Program-made: the position numbers and the translations under genes
Shown here: positions 9,412 to 17,828 of the stretch, piece by piece
How the letters are laid out: each line of letters opens with the position of its first letter
Position numbering within the stretch: position 1 is the stretch's first letter
NCBI GenBank assembly: GCA_044866005.1
Contig: JBIOTN010000195.1
Coordinates: 1 to 24,887 of the forward strand
Source: Candidatus Rokuibacteriota bacterium
GTDB taxonomy: Bacteria; Methylomirabilota; Methylomirabilia; Rokubacteriales; DASRDR01
Length of the DNA: 24,887 nucleotides
Direction of reading: 5' to 3'
The notes under the pieces: model-generated
The model's database searches: none
Seen by the model: the letters and a program-made list of their open reading frames with translations, nothing else
Told to the model about the DNA's origin: nothing

Positions 9412-11091
9412 ATGAGCCTAGTGGGCGAGCCGGAGCGCACCGTGGTCGACTTCCGGACGGAGCCCGCCCGGTACCGGCACTGGACGCTCACCCTCGACGG
9501 CCGGGTGGCGACGCTCGCCATGGACGTCCAGGAGGACGGCGGGATCCGGCCCGGGTACGAGCTCAAGCTGAACTCCTACGACCTCGGGGTGGACATCGAG
9601 CTCGCCGACGCCGTCCAGCGCCTTCGGTTCGAGCACCCGGAGGTGGGCGCGGTCGTCGTGACGTCCGGGAAAGAGCGCGTCTTCTGCGCCGGGGCGAACA
9701 TCCGGATGCTCGGGCAGTCCAGCCACGCCTGGAAGGTGAACTTCTGCAAGTTCACCAACGAGACGCGGAACGCGATCGAGGAGGCGACCGCGGAGTCGCG
9801 GCAGACCTACCTCTGCGCGGTGGCGGGCGCCTGCGCCGGCGGCGGCTACGAGATCGCGCTGGCCACCGACTGGATCGTCATGGCCGACGACGGGAACACC
9901 GCGGTGTCGCTCCCCGAGGTCCCGCTCCTCGGCGTGCTGCCCGGGACGGGCGGGCTCGTGCGGCTGGTGGACAAGCGGAAGGTCCGGCGCGACCGCGCCG
10001 ACTTCTTCTGCACGGTCGAGGAGGGGGTCAAGGGCCAGCGCGCGCTCGACTGGGGCCTCGTCGACGAGCTGGTTCCCCGCTCGCGCCTCGCGGACGCGGC
10101 CCGGCGGCGGGCCGCGGAGCTGGCGGAGCGGAGCGACCGTCCGGCCGGCGCGCGCGGCATCCGGCTCACGCCGCTCGACCGGACGCTGGAGAACGATCGG
10201 ATCGCCTACCCGCACGTCGTGTGCGAGCTGGATCGCGGAGGAAACCGGGCCGAGATCACGATCACCGGGCCGGAGGCTCCGCCGCCGGCCGACCCGGCAG
10301 GCGTCCACGGCCTGGGGTGCGCGTTCTGGCCGCTGGCGGTCGCCCGCGCGCTCGACGACCTGATCCTCCACCTGCGCGTCAACGAGGAGGCCATCGGCGT
10401 CTGGGTCTTCCGCACGGTCGGCCGCGGCGACCTCGTCGAGGCCTACGACCGCCTGCTGGCGGCCCACGCCGCGGACTGGCTCGTCCGGGAGATCCGCCTC
10501 TACCTGCGCCGGACGCTCAAGCGTCTCGACGTCTCCTCGCGCTCCCTCGTGGCCCTCGTCGAGCCCGGCTCGTGCTTCGTCGGGACGCTGTTCGAGCTGG
10601 CCCTCGCCGCCGACCGGAGCTACATGCTGGAGGGGACCCGGGAGGGCGATGACCGGCCGCCGGCGGTGGTCCGGCTCGGCGAACTCAACTTCGGCGCCTA
10701 CCCGATGCCGAACGGCCTCACGCGGCTCCAGGGCCGGTTCCTGGGGGAGCCCGGCCGCGTGGACGAGCTGCGGGCGCGCCTCGGCGAGGAGCTCGACGCG
10801 GCCGCGGCCGACAAGGTCGGCCTCGTGACCTTCACCCCCGACGACATCGACTGGGACGACGAGGTGCGGATCGCCCTCGAGGAGCGCGCGGCGCTCTCGC
10901 CCGACGCCCTGACCGGCATGGAGGCCTCCCTCCGGTTCGGCGGCCCCGAGACCCAGGAGAGCAAGATCTTCGGCCGCCTCTCGGCCTGGCAGAACTGGAT
11001 CTTCCAGCGGCCGAACGCGGTCGGGGAGAAGGGCGCGCTGCGCGTCTACGGCAGCGGGCAGCGCGCCGAGTTCGATCGGAGGAGGGCCTGA
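9412..11091 (+). CDS. boxC: Benzoyl-CoA-dihydrodiol lyase / 2,3-epoxybenzoyl-CoA dihydrolase (BoxC), a crotonase-superfamily enzyme of 559 aa.
   Basis: Length and N-terminal motifs match BoxC (GYELKLNSYDLGVDIELADAVQRLRFEHPEV..VVTSGKERVFCAGANI; KVNFCKFTNETRN; LPEVPLLGVLPGTGGLVRLVDKRKVRRD). The start lies 4 nt after the stop of the preceding gene. Confidence 0.85.
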   Translation: MSLVGEPERTVVDFRTEPARYRHWTLTLDGRVATLAMDVQEDGGIRPGYELKLNSYDLGVDIELADAVQRLRFEHPEVGAVVVTSGKERVFCAGANIRMLGQSSHAWKVNFCKFTNETRNAIEEATAESRQTYLCAVAGACAGGGYEIALATDWIVMADDGNTAVSLPEVPLLGVLPGTGGLVRLVDKRKVRRDRADFFCTVEEGVKGQRALDWGLVDELVPRSRLADAARRRAAELAERSDRPAGARGIRLTPLDRTLENDRIAYPHVVCELDRGGNRAEITITGPEAPPPADPAGVHGLGCAFWPLAVARALDDLILHLRVNEEAIGVWVFRTVGRGDLVEAYDRLLAAHAADWLVREIRLYLRRTLKRLDVSSRSLVALVEPGSCFVGTLFELALAADRSYMLEGTREGDDRPPAVVRLGELNFGAYPMPNGLTRLQGRFLGEPGRVDELRARLGEELDAAAADKVGLVTFTPDDIDWDDEVRIALEERAALSPDALTGMEASLRFGGPETQESKIFGRLSAWQNWIFQRPNAVGEKGALRVYGSGQRAEFDRRRA

Positions 11092-12527
11092 TGGCCCCGG
11101 AGCGGACGATCGACTACGCCGAGCGGATCCCGAACAACGTCGGTCTGGCGGACAACCGCCGCCTGCTCCGGGCCCTCGAGGACTGGCAGCCGAAGTTCCT
11201 CCAGTGGTGGCACGAGATGGGGCCGGAGGGCTTCCAGGCCAAGGAGACGTACCTGCGGACCGCGGTGAGCGTCGACGCGCAGGGCTGGGCCCACTTCGAC
11301 TACGTCCGGATGCCCGACTACCGCTGGGGGATCTTCCTCGCCGAGGCCCAGCCCGGGCGGCTCGTCAACTTCGGCGCGCACAAGGGGCAGCCGGCCTGGC
11401 CGGACGTGCCGGGCGAGTACCGGGGCGTGCTCCGGCGCCTCATCGTCACCCAGGGGGATACCGAGCCCGCGTCGGTCGAGCAGCAGCGCCATCTCGGCCG
11501 GACCTGCCCGTCGCTCTACGACCTGCGCAACCTCTTCCAGGTCAACGTGGAAGAAGGCCGACACCTCTGGGCGATGGTCTACCTCCTCCACGCGCACTTC
11601 GGCCGCGACGGACGCGAGGAGGCGGAGGCGCTCCTCCAGCGCCGCTCGGGTGACCAGGACAAGCCGCGCATCCTGGGCGCCTTCAACGAGCGGACGCCCG
11701 ACTGGCTGGCCTTCTTCATGTTCACCTACTTCACGGACCGCGACGGCAAGTATCAGCTCTGCGGCCTGGCGGAGAGCGGCTTCGATCCCCTCGCTCGCAC
11801 CTGCCGGTTCATGCTGACCGAGGAGGCCCACCACATGTTCGTGGGCGAGACGGGCATCGGCCGGGTGGTCCAGCGCACCTGCGAGCTGATGCGCGAGCAC
11901 CGGACCGACGACGTCCGGAAGCACGGCGGGATCGACCTCCCGACCCTCCAGAAGTACCTGAACTTCCACTACTCGGTCTCGCTCGACCTGTTCGGGTCGG
12001 AGGTCTCCACCAACGCCGCCAACTTCTACACGTTCGGCCTGAAGGGGCGCTTCGAGGAGACGAAGCACGACGACGACCACGTGCTCAAGGACGCGATCTA
12101 CCCGGTCCTGCGCCTGGACGACGGGCGACTCGTGCCCCGGGAGGAGCCCGCCCTCGTCGCGCTGAACGAGCGACTCCGCGACGACTTCGTCGCCGACAGC
12201 CAGCGCGGGGTGGACCGCTGGAACCGGATCATCACGAAGCACGGCATCGACTTCGAGCTGCACCTGCCGCACAAGGCCTTCCATCGGGCGATCGGAACCT
12301 TCGCCGGTGCCCGCGTGTCGCCCGGAGGGGACGTCCTCCCCGAGGCGGAGTGGCAGGCCCGGCGCGACGAGTGGCTGCCGACGCGCGAGGACGAGGCCTT
12401 CGTGGCGAGCCTCATGACGCCGGTCGTCGAGCCCGGCAAGTTCGCGAGCTGGATCGCGCCGCCGCCGCGCGGGATCAACGGCAAGTCGATCGACTTCGAG
12501 TACGTCCGGCTCCGCGAGGCCGATTGA
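11091..12527 (+). CDS. boxB: Benzoyl-CoA 2,3-epoxidase (oxygenase) component BoxB, a di-iron enzyme of 478 aa.
   Basis: N-terminus IDYAERIPNNVGLADNRRLLRALEDWQPKFLQWWHEMGPEGF matches BoxB. The ATGA start/stop overlaps boxC. Confidence 0.9.
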   Translation: MAPERTIDYAERIPNNVGLADNRRLLRALEDWQPKFLQWWHEMGPEGFQAKETYLRTAVSVDAQGWAHFDYVRMPDYRWGIFLAEAQPGRLVNFGAHKGQPAWPDVPGEYRGVLRRLIVTQGDTEPASVEQQRHLGRTCPSLYDLRNLFQVNVEEGRHLWAMVYLLHAHFGRDGREEAEALLQRRSGDQDKPRILGAFNERTPDWLAFFMFTYFTDRDGKYQLCGLAESGFDPLARTCRFMLTEEAHHMFVGETGIGRVVQRTCELMREHRTDDVRKHGGIDLPTLQKYLNFHYSVSLDLFGSEVSTNAANFYTFGLKGRFEETKHDDDHVLKDAIYPVLRLDDGRLVPREEPALVALNERLRDDFVADSQRGVDRWNRIITKHGIDFELHLPHKAFHRAIGTFAGARVSPGGDVLPEAEWQARRDEWLPTREDEAFVASLMTPVVEPGKFASWIAPPPRGINGKSIDFEYVRLREAD

Positions 12528-12706
12528 CTTCGCCCAGCTTCGTCCTGCATCAGGGCCGGGACGCGCTCGGCCAGCGGCCTCGCGGCCGTCCCGGCCTGTG
12601 GGGTCGTCGTCGGCCCTCGACGCCGAACTCGTTCGCCGGGGGAGGCAGGCCCGAGCCGGTCGCTCGGGAGCGACCGGCCCGGCTTTGCCGGGAGGGCGGT
12701 CGGAGG
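12527..12706 (+). repeat. Copy 1 of a roughly 180-nt GC-rich structured intergenic element, sited directly after the boxB stop codon.
   Basis: About 55 nt are near-identical to 24724-24780 (GTCCTGCATCAsGGCCrGGACGCGCTCGGCCwGCGGCCTCGCGGCCGTCCCGGCC). The conserved GGGGGAGGCAGGCCCG block and two downstream hairpins are also shared. Confidence 0.6.
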
Positions 12707-12737
12707 GGGGCGTAGCCCCCCCTCCGAATTAGGGAAG

Positions 12738-13292
12738 ATGAGCCTGGGCGCGCGGATCAAAGGGCTGCGGACGGATCGCGGGATCCGGCAGAACGAGCTG
12801 GCGCAGAAGGCCGGCCTCACCCCGAGCCTCGTCTCCCAGATCGAGTCCGGCAAGCTCACGCCGTCGGTCCACACCCTGGGCCGGCTGGCGGGGGCCCTCG
12901 GTGTCCCCATCGGCGCGCTCTTCGACCAGAGCCCGAACGGCCGCCTCCACATCGGACGGAAGCGGGACTACGCCGTGGTGAGCTTCGAAGGGTCCGGCGA
13001 TCGCTGGGAGGTCCTGGCGGCCGGCCTCTTCCGCGGCAAGGTCCGCGCCGTCGTCTCGAGCCTCCGCGGTCGCGGCAAGAGCGTGCCGCCCGAGCGCGTG
13101 CTGATCGAGCCGGGGCAGATGAAGCTGATGTACGTGCTCCAGGGCAAGGTGGCGCTCCACTACGCAGGCGAGCGCCACCTCATGGCGCCCGGCGACTCGG
13201 CGTACCTGGACGGGGGCGTGCCCCACACCTGGGAGAACGTCGGGGCCGCCGAGGCCCGCACGCTCTGGGTCATCACGGGAAAGGACGAGTGA
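12738..13292 (+). CDS. XRE-family HTH transcriptional regulator with a C-terminal cupin sensor domain.
   Basis: N-terminal HTH_3 (LRTDRGIRQNELAQKAGLTPSLVSQIESGK). C-terminal cupin (LIEPGQMKLMYVLQGKVALHYAGERHLMAPGDSAYLDGGVPHTWENVG). Confidence 0.8.
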   Translation: MSLGARIKGLRTDRGIRQNELAQKAGLTPSLVSQIESGKLTPSVHTLGRLAGALGVPIGALFDQSPNGRLHIGRKRDYAVVSFEGSGDRWEVLAAGLFRGKVRAVVSSLRGRGKSVPPERVLIEPGQMKLMYVLQGKVALHYAGERHLMAPGDSAYLDGGVPHTWENVGAAEARTLWVITGKDE

Positions 13293-13445
13293 GCCCGCGC
13301 TGGAGGTCCGCCGGGTCGACGCCCCCGACCGGTCCACGAACGGCTCGCCGCGCTCGGCATCGGACGCTGCCGTGAGCCGTGGGATCGCGAGCGCGGCCGC
13401 GAGGGTCTTCGGCCGCGCCCGCGACACGGCCACCTAGGATGCCGG

Positions 13446-14480
13446 CTAGTTACAGGGTTTGTGCAGCTGGATGTTCCCGCCCTTGAGCATGCCGCCCGCC
13501 GAATAGCCGCTGCTCAACGTGATGCTGAACGTGTCGGACCCTACGCCGGGCTCGCCGTTGTCCGCCACGTCGATGGCGTAGGTGAACCCGGAGGCGCCGT
13601 TGACCTCGGCGCTTCCCTCGAAGTGCCGGCTCGTGCTCGTGGCGCCGACATCGTAGGCGGTGACGCTCGTCCCCTTCACCTTCATGCCGGTCTCGTGGTC
13701 GATGTAGGTCACGTGTCCGGTGGCCACGATCGCGCCGTCCTTCATCCCGGCGTGGAGGCCGAAGTTCGCCCGGCTGCCGGTGCCGATCCAGCCGCCACCC
13801 GTGACGAAGTCGTGACAGGGCCCGGTCTCGACGGGCGGCACGCAGCTGATGTCACTCTTGGCGCTGGACAGGATCACCTCGGCCACGCCCGGCACGACGA
13901 GGTGGATCGCGTTGACCCGGATCTCGCGGAACGTCCCGTTCACGGTGGTCGTCTGCTCGTTGATGATGAGGGTCGCGACGCCGGGAATCGTGACCGTGTG
14001 GTTCGCGGGGAACCCCCCGGGAGGCACCTGGATGGTCTGACCTCCGAAGGTGAGCTCGGCGATTTCGGTCTCCCCGCTGACGCCGTCGCACCTCGCCTCT
14101 GATTCGGCGCGGACGAAGGAGGCGGTGACCTGCGCCGCGTGGCCGGGAAGCACGACCACGTTGGCCAGGGACGCCGAGCTCTCGGCCTTGCCGCTGCCGC
14201 CGCTCGTGGAGGCGGTCAGGACCTCGGCCCTCAGCACGGCGTCCAGCGTGGCGAGGTGGAGATCCCGGGTGTCGAGGAGCGCGTCGTTGCGGGCGCCGCC
14301 GCTCGGCGGGAGCTCACCCGTGTCCGAGAGGAACATCGGGCCCGTGAGAGCCGTGTTGACGAATGCCGCGAAGGCGCGCCCGCTGAAGGTCGTCGTCGCT
14401 TCAGCCGGGGCAAGCCAGGCGAGCCCCGAGAGCAGGAGCACGACGGCGGCGCACGGAAGCTTCAGGTGCCGGATTCTCAT
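13446..14480 (-). CDS. Secreted hypothetical protein (344 aa) with a cleavable signal peptide and a Thr/Gly/Val-rich beta-type sequence.
   Basis: Start chosen at the internal Met (MRIRHLKLPCAAVVLLLSGLAWLAPAEA), which has an AGGAGG site 7 nt upstream. The ORF upstream of that Met is unconvincing. Confidence 0.55.
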   Translation of the reverse strand: MRIRHLKLPCAAVVLLLSGLAWLAPAEATTTFSGRAFAAFVNTALTGPMFLSDTGELPPSGGARNDALLDTRDLHLATLDAVLRAEVLTASTSGGSGKAESSASLANVVVLPGHAAQVTASFVRAESEARCDGVSGETEIAELTFGGQTIQVPPGGFPANHTVTIPGVATLIINEQTTTVNGTFREIRVNAIHLVVPGVAEVILSSAKSDISCVPPVETGPCHDFVTGGGWIGTGSRANFGLHAGMKDGAIVATGHVTYIDHETGMKVKGTSVTAYDVGATSTSRHFEGSAEVNGASGFTYAIDVADNGEPGVGSDTFSITLSSGYSAGGMLKGGNIQLHKPCN

Positions 14481-14721
14481 GGTGGTCCTCCTATGGTCGA
14501 CTGTCCCGATTCCATCGCTGGCGCACTGGCAGGGCAAAAGCGCGGCCGTGGCCGATCCACGGCATCGGCTCACCCCCAAGGACGCGGGAAGACAGCGCTT
14601 TCGAAGATCTGGCCGCGGCGCGGTCGCCCGCGACCCGGCGCAGGAGCGCGGCACCCGCTAGGGCAGACGGCTTGTTTTCCGAGGACTTCGCGGTGCCGCG
14701 ACGGCGCGGCGGCGCTGGCGG

Positions 14722-16083
14722 CTAGCCGACGCCGAGGTGATGCTTCCGCATGAGACGCTGCAGGGTGGAGCGGTGAATGCCGAGTACCCTGGCCGTCCGG
14801 GTGATGTTTCCGGCATGCTCCTCGAGCGCCCTTTCGAGGAATTCTTTTTCCAGGCGCTCCAGCATCTTCTCCTTCCACTCGTGGAACCGGTATCGGTCGG
14901 GCCGTTGGGCCCCCCTGAGGATGGTCTCGGGCAGGTTCTCCGGCGTGATCAGCGGTCCCTTCGCGTAGGCGGCGGCCCGCTGGACCGCGTTCTTCAGCTC
15001 GCGGACATTTCCCGGCCAGTCGTAGCGCGTCAGGAGGTCCAATGCGGCGCGCGTGATGCCCTCGAGCCTCCTGCCGTACTGCGCCCCGTGAGCCTCCAGG
15101 AAGTGCGCTGCGAGGAGCGGGATGTCCTCCCGCCGCTCCCGCAGCGGAGGCACTCGAATCTCGATGACGTCGAGCCGGAAGAAGAGGTCCTCGCGGAATC
15201 GCGCGCTGCGCAGCTCCTGCTGCATGTCGCGGTTCGTCGCCGCCATGAACCGAACGTCGAAGGGGATCGGCCTCGTCCCGCCCAGGCGGCGCACCGCCCC
15301 CTCTTCCAGGGCGCGAAGGAGCTTGGCTTGCAGATGAGACGTCAGCTCACACACCTCGTCGAGAAATACCGTGCCGCCGTTCGCGGCCTCGAGGAGCCCC
15401 GGCTTCGCGGCCTGGGCGCCTGTGTAAGCCCCCTGCTCGTACCCGAACAGTTCCGCTTCGAGAAGGGTCCCGGGGATCGCGGCGCAGTTGATCGCGAAGA
15501 AGGGCCTTTCCTGGCGCCGGCTGTTGTCGTGAATGGCCTGGGCCACCAACTCTTTGCCGGCCCCGCTTTCCCCGAGGATGAGGGTGTTGGCGTCCACCGC
15601 GGCAGCCATCCGAATCTCGTCGAACAGCTTGAGGACCGGCCTGGTCGCCCCCACGATGCCGCTGAGACTCATGGCGCGCCGGAGCTGGCTTCGCAGCACG
15701 CCGTGGGCTTCCTTCGCCCGCCGCTGCTCGAGCGCGCTCCCGACCACCGCGATCAGCTGCTGCGGTGAGAACGGCTTGACCAGGTAGTCGGCGGCTCCGG
15801 ACTTCATCGCCTGTACCGCGCTGTCCACCGTCGGGAAGCCGGTGATGAGGATCACGACGATCTCGGCATCCGTGTCCTTCGCGATCCTGAGCACCTCGAG
15901 GCCGCCGATCGCCGGCATCTTCAGATCGGTGACCACGACGTCGACGGGCGAGGCTCGCAGCGCGCTGGCGGCCGCCTTCCCGGAGTCCGCCTTGACCACC
16001 TCGTAGCCCGCGTGCGTCAGGATCTCGGCGCAGACGTCCAGGGTCCTGGGATCGTCTTCCACCAGCAGGACTCGCTCCGACAT
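14722..16083 (-). CDS. Sigma54-dependent Fis-family response regulator (NtrC-like enhancer-binding protein).
   Basis: Receiver domain (MSERVLLVEDD...VVTDLKMP). AAA+ sigma54-interaction domain (ILGESGAGKELVAQAIH; GAFTGA-type GYEQGAYTGA; ESELFGY-like AELFGY). C-terminal Fis HTH (RTARVLGIHRSTLQRLMRKH). Start taken at the internal Met MSERV. Confidence 0.9.
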   Translation of the reverse strand: MSERVLLVEDDPRTLDVCAEILTHAGYEVVKADSGKAAASALRASPVDVVVTDLKMPAIGGLEVLRIAKDTDAEIVVILITGFPTVDSAVQAMKSGAADYLVKPFSPQQLIAVVGSALEQRRAKEAHGVLRSQLRRAMSLSGIVGATRPVLKLFDEIRMAAAVDANTLILGESGAGKELVAQAIHDNSRRQERPFFAINCAAIPGTLLEAELFGYEQGAYTGAQAAKPGLLEAANGGTVFLDEVCELTSHLQAKLLRALEEGAVRRLGGTRPIPFDVRFMAATNRDMQQELRSARFREDLFFRLDVIEIRVPPLRERREDIPLLAAHFLEAHGAQYGRRLEGITRAALDLLTRYDWPGNVRELKNAVQRAAAYAKGPLITPENLPETILRGAQRPDRYRFHEWKEKMLERLEKEFLERALEEHAGNITRTARVLGIHRSTLQRLMRKHHLGVG

Positions 16084-16455
16084 CCGGGCCCTCCCGGAGG
16101 GGCGGCGGGGTGGACGCGTGGCCCCGTCCCGTGAAGGCATCGCCCCACCGTTGCCTGCAACAGTTAGCCGTTATTGTATTCAATCACCAATAATTAGCGA
16201 AAAGAAAAAAGGCGCCCCGGCGCGAGCCCGCGGGCTGCGGCCGTTCGGCGGTCCGGCGGCGCGGGCCGGGTGTCCCCCCGGGCGGGACGCCTCCCCGGGC
16301 CGGCCCGGGCGCCGGGCGCCGGCGCTGCACGGCCATCCACCGAGCTGCCGCGACCGAGGGCAGAGTCCATCGTGGCGAGCGCGTCCTTCTCCACGCCGGC
16401 CCGACCGGCTCGTCCGGAGTGGCTGTGCTACACTGCGATTCCACGAGGCGATGGC

Positions 16456-17817
16456 GTGCCGGCCGCGTTTCTCGACCCCGCCTTCTTCGATCGATCCTCC
16501 GAGACAGCGCCGGAGGAGCGCTTGCGCGCCCGCCAGTGGGAGCGCCTCGCGGCCGGCCTGCGCGAGGTGTGGGCGTCGAACCCCTTCTGGCGCGCGCGCC
16601 TGCACGCCGCCGGCCTCCGCGACGCGCGTGATCTCGCCTGCTGGGCCGATTTCGCCGCGCTTCCGCGCCTGACCAAGGCCGACCTCGTCCTCGACCAGGC
16701 CGCCCACCCGCCGTTCGGCACGAACCTCACCTATCCGCTCGACCGCTACGTCCGCCTCTTCCAGACCTCGGGCACGACCGGGCCGCCGCTCCGCTGGCTC
16801 GAGACCGACGACTCGTGGGCCTGGTGGGCCCGGTGCTGGGCCTTCGTCTACCGCGGGGCCGGCCTCGGGCCCGGGGACCGGATCTTCTTCCCATTCTCCT
16901 TCGGGCTCTTCGTCGGCTTCTGGGCCGGGCTGGAAGGGGCGCGCGCGCTGGGCGCGCTGGCGATCCCGGGCGGCGGCCAGGACTCGGCGACGCGGCTCCA
17001 CTGGATGCGGGAGCTCGGCGCCACGGCGCTCGTCTGCACGCCGTCCTACGCCCTCCATCTCGGCGAGGTGGCCGTGAGCCAGGGGTTCGAGCCCGCCAAG
17101 CTCGGGGTGCGGACGACGGTCCACGCCGGAGAGCCCGGCGCCGGGATCCCGGCCGTGCGGCAGCGGATCGAAGCGCTGTGGGGAGCCCGGGCGTTCGACC
17201 ACGCGGGGATGACCGAGGTCGGGGCCTACGGCTTCGCCTGCGGCGCGCAGGGCGGGCTCCACGTCAACGAGCTCGAGTTCATCGCCGAGGTGCTCGACCC
17301 GGACAGCGGCCGGCCCGTAGCCCCCGGAGAGATCGGGGAGCTCACGCTCACCAACCTCGGCCGCTGGGGCGCGCCCGTCCTGCGCTACCGCTCGGGTGAC
17401 CGCGTGCGCCTGGCCTCCGGGGCGTGCCCGTGCGGGCGGACGTTCATCGGCCTGGAGGGCGGGATCCTCGGGCGAGTGGACGACATGCTGATCGTCCGGG
17501 GCGTCAACGTGTTTCCCTCGGCGCTCGAGGGGATCGTGCGGGCGTTCGCGGCCGTGGACGAGTTCCAGATCGAGGTCTTCCGGCGGGGGGCCATGGACGA
17601 GGTGCGACTGCTGCTGGAGATCGACGGGACCGCGCACCCCTCCGACGCGGTGGGGCGGACGGTGCGAGACGTGGGCGAGGCGGTGCGCCGGGAGATCGGG
17701 ATCCGTGTGGACGTCGCCGCGGTCCCTGCCCGGAGCCTGCCGCGCTACGAGCTGAAGGCCCGCCGCGTCGTGCGGCGGAGAGACGAGGACGGCACGCGCA
17801 GCGAACCGACGGCGTAG
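16456..17817 (+). CDS. Phenylacetate-CoA-ligase (PaaK) family adenylate-forming enzyme, an aryl-CoA ligase of unknown substrate.
   Basis: PaaK-like N-terminal region (ERLRARQWERLAAGLREVWASNPFWRARL), the SGTTGPP P-loop, and a C-terminal VRGVNVFPS motif. The GTG start at 16456 is uncertain, and the ORF is open from 16270. Confidence 0.75.
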   Translation: MPAAFLDPAFFDRSSETAPEERLRARQWERLAAGLREVWASNPFWRARLHAAGLRDARDLACWADFAALPRLTKADLVLDQAAHPPFGTNLTYPLDRYVRLFQTSGTTGPPLRWLETDDSWAWWARCWAFVYRGAGLGPGDRIFFPFSFGLFVGFWAGLEGARALGALAIPGGGQDSATRLHWMRELGATALVCTPSYALHLGEVAVSQGFEPAKLGVRTTVHAGEPGAGIPAVRQRIEALWGARAFDHAGMTEVGAYGFACGAQGGLHVNELEFIAEVLDPDSGRPVAPGEIGELTLTNLGRWGAPVLRYRSGDRVRLASGACPCGRTFIGLEGGILGRVDDMLIVRGVNVFPSALEGIVRAFAAVDEFQIEVFRRGAMDEVRLLLEIDGTAHPSDAVGRTVRDVGEAVRREIGIRVDVAAVPARSLPRYELKARRVVRRRDEDGTRSEPTA

Positions 17818-17828
17818 AGGAGGACACC

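Noticed and set aside
13293-13445. Rho-independent terminator between the convergent XRE-cupin and secreted-protein genes.
   Set aside because: Only an imperfect GC hairpin (GCGCGGCCG...CGGCCGCGC) is present, with no U-tract. This is insufficient to call a terminator.
14481-16455. Sigma54 -24/-12 promoter (TGGCAC-N5-TTGC) in the intergenic regions next to the enhancer-binding protein.
   Set aside because: The nearest candidates, GGCCACG...TTTGC on the minus strand near 14530 and TGGCTGTGCTACACTGC near 16420, have wrong GG-to-GC spacing. No element satisfied the consensus.
16118-16672. Alternative-frame ORF (MAPSREGIAPP...MACRPRFSTPPSS) overlapping the 5' end of the PaaK-like gene.
   Set aside because: No family signal and Pro/Arg-rich composition. 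The PaaK-family frame carries the conserved N-terminal region, so this is an overlapping GC-frame artefact.
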